Part shown: in pieces, positions 8,420 to 18,154 of the stretch
Layout of the letters: the number at the start of each line of letters is the position of its first letter
Numbering within the stretch: the first letter of the stretch is position 1
Assembly: GCA_035555595.1 (NCBI GenBank)
Contig: DATMGK010000063.1
Location: forward strand, 7,244 to 71,243
Direction of reading: 5' to 3'
Origin: Croceibacterium sp.
Lineage (GTDB): Bacteria; Pseudomonadota; Alphaproteobacteria; Sphingomonadales; Sphingomonadaceae
Length of the DNA: 64,000 nt
Made by a program: the position numbers and the translations under genes
Notes under the pieces: generated by a model
Seen by the model: only the letters and a program-made list of their open reading frames with translations
Databases searched by the model: none
Told to the model about the DNA's origin: nothing

Positions 8420-10879
8420 TCACGGCTCTTCACCGTCTCCATCCGTCCGCATCGCCTCGGCAGCAAGCGTTTCCGCCTCAAGCAGCAGTTCCTCGTCAAT
8501 TGCGCCTTGCGGCAGGCTTTCCCGGCCAATCATCACCATCACCGGCACTGCCAGCGGGCTCACGCGGTCAAGCTGGACATGGACCAGCCGCCCCGCCGCT
8601 GAATCGAGCAGATCGCCCAGCCGCCCCACATCGGTCATTCGCGCCCGCGCATCCGCCCATGCAGCCTCGATCAGGATATGATCGGGCTCATATTTGCGCA
8701 GGACATCGTAAATCAGGTCGGTGGAGAACGTGACCTGACGTCCGCTCTTTCGCCCGGAGGGACCCCGGCCCGGCTGTTGTCGCTCCACAAGGCCAGAAAT
8801 GACCGCCACCTCGCGGAATGCCCGGCGCAGCAGATACGATCCCGTCACCCAGTCGACGAATTCATGCGCAAGGATGTCCGGCGACAGCAGCGGTGCTGGA
8901 TCCGCCACCGGCTTCAATCCCCATACCGCCAGCGAATAATCATTGGCGACGAAACCTCCCGGTAGCAGGCCCCGCTCCTCCATCCGCTGCGTAATCAACA
9001 TGCCGAGCGATTGGTTCGCGTTCCACCCGGTGAAAGTATAATAGACGGTGTAGTGCCTCCCCGCGTGTGGGAAGCTTTCCACCAGCAGACTGTCGGGCCC
9101 CGGCATGCGGGACCGCCAGTCCTGCACCTCCAGCCATTCGCGCACATCATCGGGAAATCGCGCCCATCCCGCGCGATCGACCAGCAGTTCCCGCACCCGC
9201 CCTGCAAGGTGCGTGGTCAGCGGCAGGCGCAGGCCTGTGTAGCTGGGTATCGTTGCCGATCGCCGCGCCGCGCGAACCACCAGATCCAGATCACGCAGCA
9301 ATTCCACTTCCAGATCCATACCCGCGAACCGGAAGGTATCGCCGACACGGAGCGACGCAGCGAATTGCTCCTCCACCTTGCCCAGCGATCGACCGTTGCG
9401 GAAACGGATTTCGATCATTTCCGAATCAACGATGATTCCGGCGTTAATCCGGTGCCGCTGAGCCTGTTCCGGGTGAGATAGCCGCCATATACCGTGCGGA
9501 TCGCGCACAATACGCCTGAACCTGTCATAGGCGCGCAGCGCATATCCCCCGGTAGCGACGAATGACAGCACGCGCTGCCACCCTTCCTCATCCAACCAGG
9601 CATAGGCGAGTGAAGACCGCACCTCGGCCAGCAACGCCGCTTCATCGAACGGCGCGGCGCAGGCGCATGCCATCACATGCTGGGCCAGCACATCCAGCCC
9701 ACCGGGGCGGAAGTCCTCACCGTCCCGCTGTCCTTCATCCACCGCGTCCTTGGCGGCAGTGGCTTCCAGAAATTCAAACCGGTTACCCGGCACCAGCAGC
9801 GCCCGGCTCGGCTGGTCGAGCCGGTGGTTCGCCCGGCCGATGCGTTGCAGCAGACGGCTCGACCCCTTGGGCGCGCCCATCTGCACCACACAATCGATAT
9901 CGCCCCAGTCTACACCCAGATCGAGGCTGGCCGTGGCCACCAGCGCCCGCAGTTCGCCGCGCGCCATTGCCCCTTCGACCTTGCGCCGGGCCTCCCGGCT
10001 CAATGATCCGTGATGGATCGCGATCGGCAGGTTGTCCTCGTTGGCGTTCCACAGTTCCTGAAAGATGTATTCCGCCAGAAAGCGGGTGTTGGTGAATACC
10101 AGCGTGGTGCGGTTGGTCTTTATCAGTCGATAGAGTTGGGGAATCGCCCAGATCGCGGCGTGGCCGCCCCACGGCACACGCTCCTCCTCGGGCAGGAGTA
10201 TCTCCACTTCCGGTGGCGCGCCCTTCTCCCCCTCCACGAGTTGCACCGCATCGATATCGCCCCACGGCGCCAGCCAACCCCGGAACGCCTCCGGATCGGC
10301 GACGGTGGCGGATAGCGCCGCGCGCTGCATGCCCGGCGCGATCGCCTGCAATCGCGACAGGGCCAGCGCCAGCAGATCGCCACGCTTGCCAGTGGCGAAG
10401 GCATGCACTTCGTCCACCACGACGCGCCGCAAGCCCGCGAACAGTTCAAAACTGTCAGGATAGCTCAGCAACAGGGAAAGGGATTCGGGCGTGGTCAGCA
10501 GCACATGGGGCGGACGGCTGAACTGCCGCCGCTTCCGGTCTGAAGGCGTATCACCGCTGCGCGTCTCGATGCGGATCGGCAGGCCGATTTCCTGCACGGG
10601 AGCCAGCAGATTGCGCTGCACGTCATGCGCCAGCGCCTTCAGCGGCGAGATGTAGAGGGTATGCAGCCCGTCAGGCGGGCTGGACGCGCGACTGGGGCAG
10701 AACGCCGCCAGCGTGGGCAGAAACCCGGCCAGCGTCTTACCTGCCCCCGTATCCGCCACCAGCAACGCATGTAGCCCCGCATCCGACGACGCGAGCATTT
10801 CAAGCTGGTGCCGCCGCGGCCGCCAGCCACGGCTGGCAAACCAGCCGGTGATTTCAGATGGGAGCGAGGAATCGCTCAT
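8420..10879 (-). CDS. Lhr-type DEXH-box helicase (ligase-associated DNA damage response helicase family)
   Basis: Start at the ATG at 10879 (MSDSSLPSEITGWFASRGWRPRRHQLEML...). It has Walker A ADTGAGKT, DEVH (VVVDEVHAF), helicase C motifs (MGAPKGSSRLLQRIGRANH) and a long DEAD/H-associated C-terminal region. Length is 819 aa. Confidence 0.82.
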   Translation of the reverse strand: MSDSSLPSEITGWFASRGWRPRRHQLEMLASSDAGLHALLVADTGAGKTLAGFLPTLAAFCPSRASSPPDGLHTLYISPLKALAHDVQRNLLAPVQEIGLPIRIETRSGDTPSDRKRRQFSRPPHVLLTTPESLSLLLSYPDSFELFAGLRRVVVDEVHAFATGKRGDLLALALSRLQAIAPGMQRAALSATVADPEAFRGWLAPWGDIDAVQLVEGEKGAPPEVEILLPEEERVPWGGHAAIWAIPQLYRLIKTNRTTLVFTNTRFLAEYIFQELWNANEDNLPIAIHHGSLSREARRKVEGAMARGELRALVATASLDLGVDWGDIDCVVQMGAPKGSSRLLQRIGRANHRLDQPSRALLVPGNRFEFLEATAAKDAVDEGQRDGEDFRPGGLDVLAQHVMACACAAPFDEAALLAEVRSSLAYAWLDEEGWQRVLSFVATGGYALRAYDRFRRIVRDPHGIWRLSHPEQAQRHRINAGIIVDSEMIEIRFRNGRSLGKVEEQFAASLRVGDTFRFAGMDLEVELLRDLDLVVRAARRSATIPSYTGLRLPLTTHLAGRVRELLVDRAGWARFPDDVREWLEVQDWRSRMPGPDSLLVESFPHAGRHYTVYYTFTGWNANQSLGMLITQRMEERGLLPGGFVANDYSLAVWGLKPVADPAPLLSPDILAHEFVDWVTGSYLLRRAFREVAVISGLVERQQPGRGPSGRKSGRQVTFSTDLIYDVLRKYEPDHILIEAAWADARARMTDVGRLGDLLDSAAGRLVHVQLDRVSPLAVPVMVMIGRESLPQGAIDEELLLEAETLAAEAMRTDGDGEEP

Positions 10880-10937
10880 GCCTGTGAACCTAGGCCGTGC
10901 GCGCCGGGGCGGCAACGGCGGGCAGGCCGCCTTTCGC

Positions 10938-11063
10938 CTAGATGACGCGTTCGCCCGCTTCGCCAACGGATTCGATATCGCGCCCGATACCCTTCACCGT
11001 GTTGCACGCGCTGAGGGCCGAAAGCGTAATGGCCAGAGAAGCAGCGATGACGATCCGCAGCAT
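10938..11063 (-). CDS. entericidin EcnA/B-family small lipoprotein (41 aa)
   Basis: Not in the ORF track because it is under 60 aa. GGAG SD lies 7 nt upstream of the ATG at 11063. The translation is MLRIVIAASLAITLSALSACNTVKGIGRDIESVGEAGERVI. The lipobox LSAC followed by NTVKGxGxDIxxxG matches the entericidin family pattern. Confidence 0.7.
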   Translation of the reverse strand: MLRIVIAASLAITLSALSACNTVKGIGRDIESVGEAGERVI

Positions 11064-11078
11064 GGAAAATCTCCTGTT

Positions 11079-11102
11079 AACCCTTTTCCAGTGCCCTGTT
11101 CC
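11079..11102 (-). promoter_or_regulatory. possible EcfG-like (general stress) promoter upstream of entericidin gene
   Basis: The minus strand reads GGAAC-agggcactggaaaag-GGTT. This resembles GGAAC-N16-CGTT, but the spacing is 1 nt short and the -10 is GGTT. Confidence 0.3.
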
Positions 11103-11132
11103 GGCTGCACGCTCAAGCCCGCATGCAGGTTC

Positions 11133-11981
11133 TCACGCGAACAGTTGCAGGCGCGCCAGATCCGCTGGGTCCAGAGGCAGCCTGAAGCGGGTGAAAAGCA
11201 ATTCCTGATAGCCCGGTAGCCCGTCGATATCCGCCTTCTGGCTTTCCCCATCGTCCACAATCGAAAGCGATCGGTCTGACAGGCTGGCGAAGCCCAATGG
11301 CAACGCAATGGTGACGATATGCAGCGTAGTGAAGCGCGTATCCGGCGCGGTAGAGGTCCAATGATTGGCCAATGCCAGATCGCTGGCCGACACATCCGTC
11401 AAATCAAAGCTGTATTGCGACTGCCAGCCGGTCGCGGGGGCATCACCGCCGCCAAACGCCGCACCCGGTCCCATGCGTTCCAGCAGCCATTCGCCGCTGA
11501 AAGAACCGGGTTCTCCGATACGCCGCAGTCGATGGCTGGCACCATCGGGAGATGTCGCCATGGAACCATCCGCCAGTGGCAGCGGGGGGACGTAGCTGCC
11601 GCCAAATCCCACATCCGCAATCCATGCCTGCCCGGCGATGTCGGCCAGCAGCAGCATGTGAGTACGTGGCGGATGATCGTCACCCGGCCCACGCCCCATC
11701 TGGACCCGCGCCAGCAAAGGGCGGTTGGGCACGCCCATCTGCGCCAGCATGTCGGCGAACACACGGTTTTGCTCGAAACAGTAACCGCCCCGCTGCCGCG
11801 TCACCAGTTTGTCGAAAGCACTTGCGCTGTCGATGCGGATCGCGCGCCCGAGATGGATATCGAGGTTTTCGAACGGAATCGAAAGCCTGTGCGCCCGTTG
11901 CAAGGTCGCCAACCCGGCTGGATCAGGCGCGGGTGCGCGGGCCAGACCGATCCGTTCCAGATAATTGGCCAGTTGGCTCAC
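11133..11981 (-). CDS. arylamine N-acetyltransferase
   Basis: NAT signatures are present: IPFENLD, the catalytic Cys block RGGYCFEQN, the His block PRTHMLLL and the Asp block WIADVGFGG. A GTG start at 11981 (VSQLANYLERIG) lies 7 nt after the stop of the upstream gene. The longer track ORF would overlap that gene. Confidence 0.8.
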   Translation of the reverse strand: MSQLANYLERIGLARAPAPDPAGLATLQRAHRLSIPFENLDIHLGRAIRIDSASAFDKLVTRQRGGYCFEQNRVFADMLAQMGVPNRPLLARVQMGRGPGDDHPPRTHMLLLADIAGQAWIADVGFGGSYVPPLPLADGSMATSPDGASHRLRRIGEPGSFSGEWLLERMGPGAAFGGGDAPATGWQSQYSFDLTDVSASDLALANHWTSTAPDTRFTTLHIVTIALPLGFASLSDRSLSIVDDGESQKADIDGLPGYQELLFTRFRLPLDPADLARLQLFA

Positions 11982-11988
11982 GCCCTGA

Positions 11989-13404
11989 TCAGTGCCCTGC
12001 CTGCGGCCCCCGCTCAAGCCCCGAAGCGGCCAGTTGCGCGTCGATCTGGGCCAAAAGCCGATCCAGCCCTTCCTGCGTGAAGCTTTCCGCACGGGCGACC
12101 AGCACGTCCTGCGTGTTGGATGCGCGCAGCAGCCACCAGCCATCGGGCGTCGTCACCCGCACGCCATCCGTATCGTCCACCTTGATGTCATCCGGAGCAT
12201 CAGGGGCGGCGAGACGCTGCTTCACCTCTTCGATGGCGGCGAACTTGCGGCTTTCATCCACCTGAAAGCGCAATTCCGGCGTATTGAGCATGGCGGGCAT
12301 CGCGCCGCGCAGTTCCGTGACCGATTTGTCCAGCCGCGCGGAGGCGGCGATCAGGCGCACGGCGGCATAAAGCGCGTCGTCGTAGCCGTAATAAGTGTCC
12401 GCGAAGAAGATGTGCCCGCTCATTTCCCCGGCCAGCGGGGCATGAGTTTCCTTCATTTTGGATTTGATCAGGCTGTGCCCAGTCTTCCACATCAGCGGCT
12501 TGCCGCCCAGTTCAGCCACGCGGTCGAACAGCGCCCGGCTGGCCTTCACATCGGCGATAACCGTCGCGCCCGGCTGCTGCCGCAGCAGATCTTCCGCATA
12601 GATCATCAGCAACTGGTCGCCCCAGATCACACGGCCCTGCCCGTCGATCGCGCCGATCCGGTCACCATCACCGTCGAAAGCGATACCGAAATCGAGGTTC
12701 TTGTCCGCGACGAGCCGCCGCAGATCCTCCAGGTTTTCCGGCACAGTGGGATCGGGATGATGATTGGGGAAATTGCCATCGACATCGGTGAACAACGTGT
12801 GATGTTCGCCCGGAAGGCGGGCGACGAGCTTTTCAAGGGCGGGCCCGGCCGCGCCGTTTCCGGCATCCCAGCCGATCCGCAAGGACGCCAGTTGCGCGGG
12901 ATCGATCCCGTCCAGCCCGGCGATCAGCGCATCGATATAGGCGCCCATCACGTCGGCACGGCTGGTTTCGCCCGTACCATCGGCCCAATCGCCAGCTTCC
13001 GCCAGACGGCCGATTTCCTGAATCTGCGGGCCAAAGAACGGGCGGCCCTGAAGCACCATCTTGAAGCCGTTGTAATTGGCGGGATTGTGGCTGCCGGTTA
13101 TCTGAACGCCGCCATCAACCTCTTCCGCTGAAGCTTCCGCGAAATAGAGCATCGGCGTGGGCCCCATCCCGATGCGGCGCACGTCACAGCCCGAGGCCGT
13201 CAGCCCTTCAATCAGCGCGTGTTCCAGCATCGGGGAACTGATCCGCCCGTCATACCCGACCGCCACCAGCCGCCCGCCGGCGCGCCGCAGCAGCGTGCCG
13301 AAACCCCGCCCAATCGCGCGCGCATCATCGGGGCCGAGCGTTTCTCCGATAATGCCGCGGATATCGTATTCGCGAAGGATAGTGGGGTCGAACCGGTGGC
13401 TCAT
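11989..13404 (-). CDS. phosphomannomutase/phosphoglucomutase
   Basis: 471 aa with the active-site loop ITGSHNPANYNGFKM, the Mg site FDGDGDRIGAID and the sugar-binding GEMSGHIFF motif. Confidence 0.92.
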   Translation of the reverse strand: MSHRFDPTILREYDIRGIIGETLGPDDARAIGRGFGTLLRRAGGRLVAVGYDGRISSPMLEHALIEGLTASGCDVRRIGMGPTPMLYFAEASAEEVDGGVQITGSHNPANYNGFKMVLQGRPFFGPQIQEIGRLAEAGDWADGTGETSRADVMGAYIDALIAGLDGIDPAQLASLRIGWDAGNGAAGPALEKLVARLPGEHHTLFTDVDGNFPNHHPDPTVPENLEDLRRLVADKNLDFGIAFDGDGDRIGAIDGQGRVIWGDQLLMIYAEDLLRQQPGATVIADVKASRALFDRVAELGGKPLMWKTGHSLIKSKMKETHAPLAGEMSGHIFFADTYYGYDDALYAAVRLIAASARLDKSVTELRGAMPAMLNTPELRFQVDESRKFAAIEEVKQRLAAPDAPDDIKVDDTDGVRVTTPDGWWLLRASNTQDVLVARAESFTQEGLDRLLAQIDAQLAASGLERGPQAGH

Positions 13405-13697
13405 GAAATCTCCTCTGATCTGCCGTCTGACAGTTCGCCGAGCAATAAATCCCGGGCTGCGTTCGCCTCGTGCACCTGCCCGCTCGTGCCGCCCCGGTCC
13501 GGATGGACGATAGCCAGCAGCCGTTTATGAGCCGTAACGATATCCTCACGCGAGGCAGCCGACGAAACGCCGAGCAGCTTGCGCGCCCGGGACACAGCGT
13601 GAGCGCGCGTCGCCCGCTTCGGTTCCCACGGCCATCGCCCCGTGATCAGCTTCCAGCCGAACACGATCGCCACAGCGATGGCGACAAGCTTGCCCAT
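13401..13697 (-). CDS. membrane-anchored minimal J-domain protein (Pam18/Tim14-like)
   Basis: 98 aa. An N-terminal hydrophobic helix (LVAIAVAIVFGWKLI) is followed by LLGVSSAASREDIVTAHKRLLAIVHPDRGGTSGQVHEANAARDLLLGE, with an HPD motif. Its start overlaps the mipZ stop by 1 nt and its stop overlaps the next ATG (ATGA). Confidence 0.75.
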   Translation of the reverse strand: MGKLVAIAVAIVFGWKLITGRWPWEPKRATRAHAVSRARKLLGVSSAASREDIVTAHKRLLAIVHPDRGGTSGQVHEANAARDLLLGELSDGRSEEIS

Positions 13698-14518
13698 CAG
13701 GCCGCCGCGCTGGCGGACGGGGCGGCGCGCGCCATCGACGAAACGACGGGGAGGTTCAGGTTTGCCACCAGCCCGCGCAGTTCCTGCCGGGCGACGAGAT
13801 GGCTGGTGCCCAATTCACCCAGTTGGCCCCTGTCCAGCAGGGTCAGCCCGGAGGGGAACAGCTCACGATAGATCACACGTTCCGACAAACCGTGCGACAC
13901 GCGGAAACCCACACGCTTCGACAGTTCGGTAAGCGCCTGATCGATGCGCCGCTGGTTGCGCGCATCGACGTGCTGGACACGGTTGCGCACCACCACCCAG
14001 TCCATCTCGCGCCGTCCTTCGCGTATCTGCTTGAGCGCACGGCTCTTGCGCGCTTCCCAGATCAGTTCCGCATAGAAGCTGAGGCGGCGAACCTTGAAAG
14101 TTTCCGCATCGACCTGCCCGATCAGGTCAAAATCGACGAAGCTGTCGTTCATCGGCGTGACCAGCGTATCCGCCTGTGTCGCCACATGGCGGGCCAGCGG
14201 ATCGTCACGGCCGGGCGTATCGAAAATCAGGAAATCCGCGCCTTCGGCCAGCGCCTCCGCCTCTGCCTCAAGCGCGGCGATATCGTCACCACTGAACACG
14301 CCGAAGCTGGGCACCGGCAGATCGATGCCGCGCCGCTGCTGAGTCTCCGCGCGATTTTCGAAATAGCGATAGAGCGTGCGCTGGCGCGGATCGAGATCCA
14401 TCGCGACCACTTTCGCGCCCTGATAGGCCAATGCCACCGCGACGTGGACGGCAGTGGTGGATTTGCCCGTGCCCCCCTTTTCATTGGCAAAAACGATGCG
14501 ATGCGGCGCGGACAGCAC
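13697..14518 (-). CDS. mipZ: division-plane positioning ATPase MipZ
   Basis: The deviant Walker A IVFANEKGGTGKSTTAVHVAVAL followed by MDLDPRQRTLYRYFENR closely resembles Caulobacter MipZ as I recall it. The start is GTG at 14518. The gene is divergent from panC. Confidence 0.85.
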   Translation of the reverse strand: MLSAPHRIVFANEKGGTGKSTTAVHVAVALAYQGAKVVAMDLDPRQRTLYRYFENRAETQQRRGIDLPVPSFGVFSGDDIAALEAEAEALAEGADFLIFDTPGRDDPLARHVATQADTLVTPMNDSFVDFDLIGQVDAETFKVRRLSFYAELIWEARKSRALKQIREGRREMDWVVVRNRVQHVDARNQRRIDQALTELSKRVGFRVSHGLSERVIYRELFPSGLTLLDRGQLGELGTSHLVARQELRGLVANLNLPVVSSMARAAPSASAAA

Positions 14519-14592
14519 GTGTGGCGGACTTTCTCTGATAGCGTCAGGCGTCTATTGCGCCTGCGAACCCGTCTTATCGGAGCCCTGCCTAC

Positions 14593-15516
<924 letters not shown>

Positions 15517-15561
15517 GCTCTGCGGCCGCTTGCCATCGCTGGCTATCGCCCGTCAAGCGTA

Positions 15562-16182
15562 TCAGTTGTTGGGCGGCCCGCCATTTGCATCGCGCGCGTC
15601 TTCAGCAGGCGCATTTTCGGCTGGCGCGGCGACAATCACGGTAACGCGGCGGTTCGCTGCCCGGCCTTCTTCATCAGGCGTTCCATCGAGATGGGCGTTC
15701 GGGGCCACCGGGCGTTGTTCGCCCAATGCGATCACCTCTATTCGATCGCGAACGACACCTTTTTCCACCAGCCATTTGGCGACTGCCTCTGCCCGGCGGC
15801 GAGAGGCGCGCAGATTGGCATCGTCTGTTCCTGCTGAATCGGTATGGCCGCGCAATATGACGGGCCAGCCTTCCGCCAGTTGATCGGATCGGACCAGTTC
15901 CTCCAGCGCAGCAACAGCTTCTGCGTTCAGGCTATAGCCGCCATCGCCGAATGGAATCGTCACTTCCAGCGGGCTGAGCCGTTCCGTTTCCACCACTTCG
16001 GATGCCACTTCCGGGCGAATGATCGATGTTGGGGGCGTGATATCGGGTGTGGGGGAAGCGGTGGCTGCACTCCCGCCGCCCGTATCGGGTTCTGACGGTT
16101 GCTGATCGCGACAACCGGGCAACAGCAGGGCCGCCGTCACCCCTGCCACAGCAAGCATCCGTTTCATCATTCTCTCCTTCAC
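15562..16182 (-). CDS. OmpA-family lipoprotein (peptidoglycan-binding)
   Basis: Signal plus lipobox (LLLPGC) and a C-terminal OmpA/MotB domain (LRGHTDSAGTDDANLRASRRRAEAVAKWLVEKG...NRRVTVIV). Confidence 0.82.
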   Translation of the reverse strand: MKERMMKRMLAVAGVTAALLLPGCRDQQPSEPDTGGGSAATASPTPDITPPTSIIRPEVASEVVETERLSPLEVTIPFGDGGYSLNAEAVAALEELVRSDQLAEGWPVILRGHTDSAGTDDANLRASRRRAEAVAKWLVEKGVVRDRIEVIALGEQRPVAPNAHLDGTPDEEGRAANRRVTVIVAAPAENAPAEDARDANGGPPNN

Positions 16183-18056
16183 TCCCCGGCGGCGCGCGCA
16201 GGCGATCTGGCGGCTTTCCGGGCAGTTCTTTTGGGCTGGGGCGGCGCGAAGGATATCACCGTGTCACCCGCCTTCGGCTCCGGCGCGGCGGCGTGGGTGA
16301 AGAAGCGCATCCGGCCATCCGGACGCAGCAGCAGCAGCATCGTCGCCCCTTCAGGCAGCGCCTCCTTCGCATCGGCCAGCGTGAACCTGTCCGACAGCTT
16401 CGTCTTGCGGAACACCCAGCCCCCTGCCTCGCGCCGCTCCACATCCTCCACCCCGAAACCGGAAGCGAACAGAGCCCGGCCGCGCAGTGAGGACGGTAGC
16501 CGGCGCGGATTATCGGACGTTTCTGCCTCGCCCAGCTGATAGACAGAATCGGTGCCGATCTCGGGCGCGAATTCGGAACAGACCAGCGTGTTGTAAGCCT
16601 CGTTATCGGTGGCGGCGACGAGCACCTGGAACGGCGCGAGATCGAGGTTGTGTTCCGTCGCTTCGTTCAGGATTTCGCCGTGATAGGTGGGCAGCCCGGC
16701 GGCGCGGGCAGGTTTGAGCAGGCGCCAGCTCGAATCAACCACCATGACCGGCGTTCCCAGATCGTGCATCTCCTTCGCCAGGGCGATGGTCCAGGTATTG
16801 GCGCCCACGATCAGCAGGCCGGGCCGGGATTCGCCTTTCACTTTCAGCAGGCGCGCGGCCAGATCGATGGTGAAGCCGTGCGCGATGATCGTCGCCACCA
16901 CCACCGCGAAACTGAGGCCGATCAGAATCGTGCCGTCGCCGTATCCCAGTTCCTCCAGACGCAACGCGAACAGGCCGGAGATCGCGACCATGACGATACC
17001 CCGAGGGGCGATCCATGCCAGGAACAGCCGCTCGTTCCACGGTATCTTGGTGAACAACAGGCTGACGAGGATCGTGACGGGGCGCACCACGAACAGCAGC
17101 GCCAGCAGAAACGCGCCGAAGCGCCATTCGAAGTTGCGGAACTGGGCAAAATCCAGCGAAGCCGAAAGCAATACGAAGATGCCCGATACCAGCAGCACGG
17201 CGACGTTCTGCTTGAAGGGGTGGATACTGCGCAGCGAAGCGACATCCATGTTGGCGAGCGCGATACCCATCACCGTCACCGCGACCAGCCCTGCTTCATG
17301 CTCGATCTGATTGCAGCCGACGAACACGCCGACGACCGCCACCAGCAGCACCGGCACCTTGAGGTATTCGGGCACGAAGCCGCGCGGGAAGCTCCACGCC
17401 ACAGCGCGCGCCGCGGCATAGCCGATCACGCCCGCCAGCAGGGCGGCGATGATCATCGGCGGCACGACTTCGAACATCGTCGCGCCATCGGCCGACAGGC
17501 GGAAATATTCGTAGGCGATCACGGCGAAGATCGCGCCCACCGGGTCGTTGACGATCGCTTCCCACCGGAGGACCGCGGCCGGACGCGGCTGCACGGTCGC
17601 CTGCCGCAACAGGGGCAGCACGACAGTAGGGCCGGTGACGACGAGGATACCGGCAAACAGGATCGCCACCGGCCAGACCAGACCGGCGATATAGTAACAG
17701 GCCAGCGAGCCGAGCAGCCAGCCGAGCGGCGCGCCCAGGAACACCAGCCGCCACACACCTTCGCCGTATTTGCGGAACTCGCGGAAATCGAGGCTCAGCC
17801 CGCCTTCGAACAGGATCAGGGCCACGCCGATGGCGATCATCGGTTCCAGCATCGGCCCGAAGGCCGCACGTGGATCGATCAGATGCAGAACCGGGCCGGC
17901 CAGAAAACCGGCGGCCAGCATCAGTACGATCGCAGGCCAGCCGGTGCGCCAGGCGATCCACTGCGCGCCGATGCCAAGCACGCCGACGAGGGCGATTACG
18001 AGTGCCTGATGCTCCATGGAATGGCCGATGGTTTCAGATTTGGCCCGGTTTGACAA
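16179..18056 (-). CDS. cation:proton antiporter (CPA1 Na+/H+ exchanger family) with C-terminal TrkA-like regulatory region
   Basis: About 12 TM segments followed by a Rossmann-like GLLIVGANTWTIALAKEM... soluble tail. The start could be 18056 or the ATG at 18017 (MEHQALVI). Confidence 0.82.
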   Translation of the reverse strand: MSNRAKSETIGHSMEHQALVIALVGVLGIGAQWIAWRTGWPAIVLMLAAGFLAGPVLHLIDPRAAFGPMLEPMIAIGVALILFEGGLSLDFREFRKYGEGVWRLVFLGAPLGWLLGSLACYYIAGLVWPVAILFAGILVVTGPTVVLPLLRQATVQPRPAAVLRWEAIVNDPVGAIFAVIAYEYFRLSADGATMFEVVPPMIIAALLAGVIGYAAARAVAWSFPRGFVPEYLKVPVLLVAVVGVFVGCNQIEHEAGLVAVTVMGIALANMDVASLRSIHPFKQNVAVLLVSGIFVLLSASLDFAQFRNFEWRFGAFLLALLFVVRPVTILVSLLFTKIPWNERLFLAWIAPRGIVMVAISGLFALRLEELGYGDGTILIGLSFAVVVATIIAHGFTIDLAARLLKVKGESRPGLLIVGANTWTIALAKEMHDLGTPVMVVDSSWRLLKPARAAGLPTYHGEILNEATEHNLDLAPFQVLVAATDNEAYNTLVCSEFAPEIGTDSVYQLGEAETSDNPRRLPSSLRGRALFASGFGVEDVERREAGGWVFRKTKLSDRFTLADAKEALPEGATMLLLLRPDGRMRFFTHAAAPEPKAGDTVISFAPPQPKRTARKAARSPARAAGE

Positions 18057-18154
18057 TGAACTGGCGGGGAAAACGGACAGCCAGCGGGAACACGGTTGCC
18101 TCTGCCCCGGCGGCAGGCCACGTTTCGGCAGATAAGAATGGTGAGAGGAATGGA

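Noticed and set aside
16650-18053. 467-aa plus-strand ORF inside the antiporter gene
   Set aside because: It is antisense to a 12-TM antiporter. The His/Arg/Asp-rich composition is implausible for a real protein.
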